A DNA stretch of 64,000 nucleotides from Ginglymostoma cirratum (lineage: Eukaryota): the NCBI GenBank assembly GCA_024137785.1, contig JAHRHZ010000200.1, positions 1 through 64,000 on the forward strand. Reading direction: 5' to 3'. The stretch's first letter is position 1; each line of letters begins with the position of its first letter. Made by a program: the position numbers and the translations under genes. Below, in pieces: positions 61,522 to 64,000 of this stretch. Under the pieces are notes generated by a model, which was not told the origin of the DNA, made no database searches, and worked only from the letters and a program-made list of their open reading frames with translations.

Positions 61522-63218
61522 TTAGAATTAGAATTAGAATCCCTACAGCATGGAATCAGGCCCTTCAGCCCAACATGTCCATGCCACCAATTTTTCACAA
61601 TTAACCAGGTCCTATTGAGATGTTATTGGGATAACATCCCATTGATTTCTATATTCTGTATAGATTGATGCTGTTTATCTGCTTACACAGAGGGATGTGG
61701 TCACTGCCTTAAAACTTCCTGCCCAAATAGAATGAGGTGTAAAACTTTGTAAATCCTTATCTTCCTATACATAAGCAGAAAAGACACTGCCTTAAGCTTC
61801 CTGCCTGAACAGAATTATGTATAAACTTTGTAAATCTTTATTTTCCTGCACAGGGGTATCTGGAAGCTGTCTCAAATAAGATTAGGTGGCGACGTTTGTA
61901 AAGGTGTGAGACTTCTGAAATCCTGTAAAGAATGTAACTTCTGTTTCTGCTAAAGGGGCCAGGACACTGACCTTTGTTCAAGCCAGACACTTCAGAAGTT
62001 TGAAATTACATTCTGTCACTTCGGCAACTTGAAATCGCCTCCTGCTGTTAGCAGTCACTTTGTGAACAACAGATACTGTACCCTGCTTTCTTTATGTTTT
62101 CAATGTAGTAATTGTTTGTTTTATCATGTCATTGTCCGATGTAGCGATTGTTTCATGTAACATGCTATTGTGAGATGTAAAATTGCTTAATGTACTATGC
62201 ACTCGATTAGGCATAAAAAGTGGGGACTGTCCGCTGCTCGGGGAGAATTGTTTACGAGATTCTGCACTCTGTGCCAGGTTGAGTACAGTGACCCTCCATT
62301 GCTTGTAATTGCTTTGTAATAAAGGATTTGTGTTTTTCTAAACAGGTCAGTGTCTTGTTATTGCATCATGTCCGTGAGGGTCTCCAAAAACGAACCTAAC
62401 ACTATTTGCCTGTTTGGCAAATCATCCCTGCACACCTATCCCATCCACGTACCTGTCTAAATGTTTCTTAAATGTCGAAATTGTACTCACATGCACCATT
62501 ACCTCTGTCAGCCCGATCCAGACATTCACCACCCTCTGTGTGAAGAAAATGCCCTCTAGATCGTTTGGATCGCTCCCCTCTCACATTAAACCTACGCCCT
62601 TTAGTTTTAGACTCCCCTACAACGGGGAAAGGCTATTAGTTATCAACTTTATCTTTGCCTCTCATGATTTTATCGAACTCGATGAGATCCTTCCCTCAGT
62701 CTCCGACAATCCAAGGAAAAGAAGGCCCAGCCTGCGCAAGCTCTCCTTTTAACTCATACCTTCCAGTCCACATAACATCCTAATGTTTTCTTTTCTGAAC
62801 CCTTTCTGTAGATCCTGTAGAAGGATCTTTTGATATATTGTCACTATACCAAGGTTTTAGGTATGCAGTACTCGAAATGTGGCCTTACCAATGTCTTGTA
62901 CAGCTGCAACAACACATCCCAATTTCTACGCTCAATGCTCTGACCAATGAAATTATGCATGCCTATATCCTTCTTCATCACCCTGTCTACCTTGTGACTC
63001 CACTTTCAAAGAACCATGAATCTGCACTGCTTGAGCTCTTCATTCGATAACAATCCCAAGAGCCCTACAATTGACTGTGTATGTCCTGTCTTTGTTTGAC
63101 CACCAAATCGTAACGACTTGCATTTATCTTGAGTAAACTCAATCTACCATTCCTCACAGGATTGGCATGGTTGATCAAGGTCTCGCTGTATTCCCAGATA
63201 ACCTTCTCCCCTGTCCAC
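61522..63218 (-). mobile_element. CR1 LINE 3' part, interrupted by a solo LTR and ending at a proviral LTR
   Basis: (TTAGAA)n tail, GGCCCTTCAGCCCAAC; continues after the LTR with CACCACCCTCTGTGTGAAGAAAATGCCC and TCTTGTACAGCTGCAAC. Confidence 0.88.
61616..62401 (+). mobile_element. Solo LTR (786 bp)
   Basis: TG...CA termini; 4-bp TSD CTAT at 61612-61615 and 62402-62405; removing it restores CR1 GTCCTATTTGCCTG; TATA-like CATAAAA ~62212, AATAAA ~62318; internal direct repeat in U3. Confidence 0.9.
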
Positions 63219-64000
63219 TGTGGAAGAAAAATTTTACATCGCAAGTGTGGATGGGCATTTAGGCCAAGAAAAAAAATTACATCACAAGGGTAGATAGGAA
63301 TTTAGGCCAAGGCAGAAAAGGCAGCCATGGGAGAAACTGATGGCATAGAGAAAGAATTTTAATTATTTAGCAAGCGGGATTTTAATGAGCTTAGCAGAAG
63401 TCGGGAGGTAGTTACTCAGACAGTGTTATCACTGTGTGCATGTTATCTTAGCTAGAGTTAGAGAAGGATATATTGTCACTTTACCAAGGTTTTAGGCTGA
63501 ATTACGTATGTCCCTTGTATCCATGTGGAGCCTAGTTACAGATAAGCTAGAGCTTTAATCAAACTGTACATCACTCCCTATGCTAGCTGTATGCCGAAGG
63601 TCATTTGAAGAAGTAATTATTAAGACAGCTTTCCTGTTACCTCGAGCAGCGTCTGTTTTCTTTAAACTTACAATGAATGAATCGACAAACACAAGATGCC
63701 ACGGGAACACCCTGCTCTGACGTTAATGGTATGGCGATTATTATACTCTGTATAGAGAGAGTCGGGTGCCAGTGGAGATCGACACTCACTCTCCTTGGTA
63801 CCAAGTAAAAAAATAAACTGCTTCGAATGGGAGCTGGAGTCAAGTCTCATTATCAGTTAAGTAGAAATAAAAAATTCTACAACAATTTGGCGTAGCCGGC
63901 AGGATTCCACAGAATAGGATTTGAATGGAATCACCTGAGTGGAGACACTGGAGTCTGAAACCTAGACCGTCCAACAAAGAGGGGGACAGTTTTGAGCCGG
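63219..64000 (+). mobile_element. 5' LTR (63219-63884), tRNA-Ser PBS (63888-63905) and leader of an ERV/LTR retroelement
   Basis: TGT...ACA termini, AATAAA ~63812; TGGCGTAGCCGGCAGGAT is 17/18 complementary to the tRNA-Ser 3' end (ATCCTGCCGACTACGCCA). Confidence 0.88.

Overview
This is eukaryotic genomic DNA, almost certainly from an elasmobranch (shark or ray): it carries HE1 V-SINEs, a SacSINE1-like SINE, abundant CR1 LINEs and GPR139-like receptor pseudogenes. I found no intact protein-coding gene. Bases ~1-36 kb are a decaying tRNA gene cluster of about 24 degenerate copies (Ile-TAT, Glu, Pro, Trp, iMet, Thr-AGT, Arg-TCT, Ser-GCT, His). It is built from 1-3.5 kb modules duplicated in direct and nested inverted orientation. 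All six tRNA-Pro copies carry an 11-18 nt insertion at or near the canonical intron site 37/38, although Pro is not one of the standard vertebrate intron-containing families. The window also holds a Penelope fragment with a hammerhead core and an internal inversion, plus many short hammerhead-bearing elements, two of them fold-back units with ~10 bp target-site duplications. Bases ~36-64 kb are LINE-rich. They contain an old tandem duplication with two GPR139-like pseudogenes, a solo LTR (CTAT TSD) and the 5' LTR plus tRNA-Ser PBS of a provirus running off the right edge. All calls were made by eye against recalled consensus sequences; repeat boundaries are approximate.
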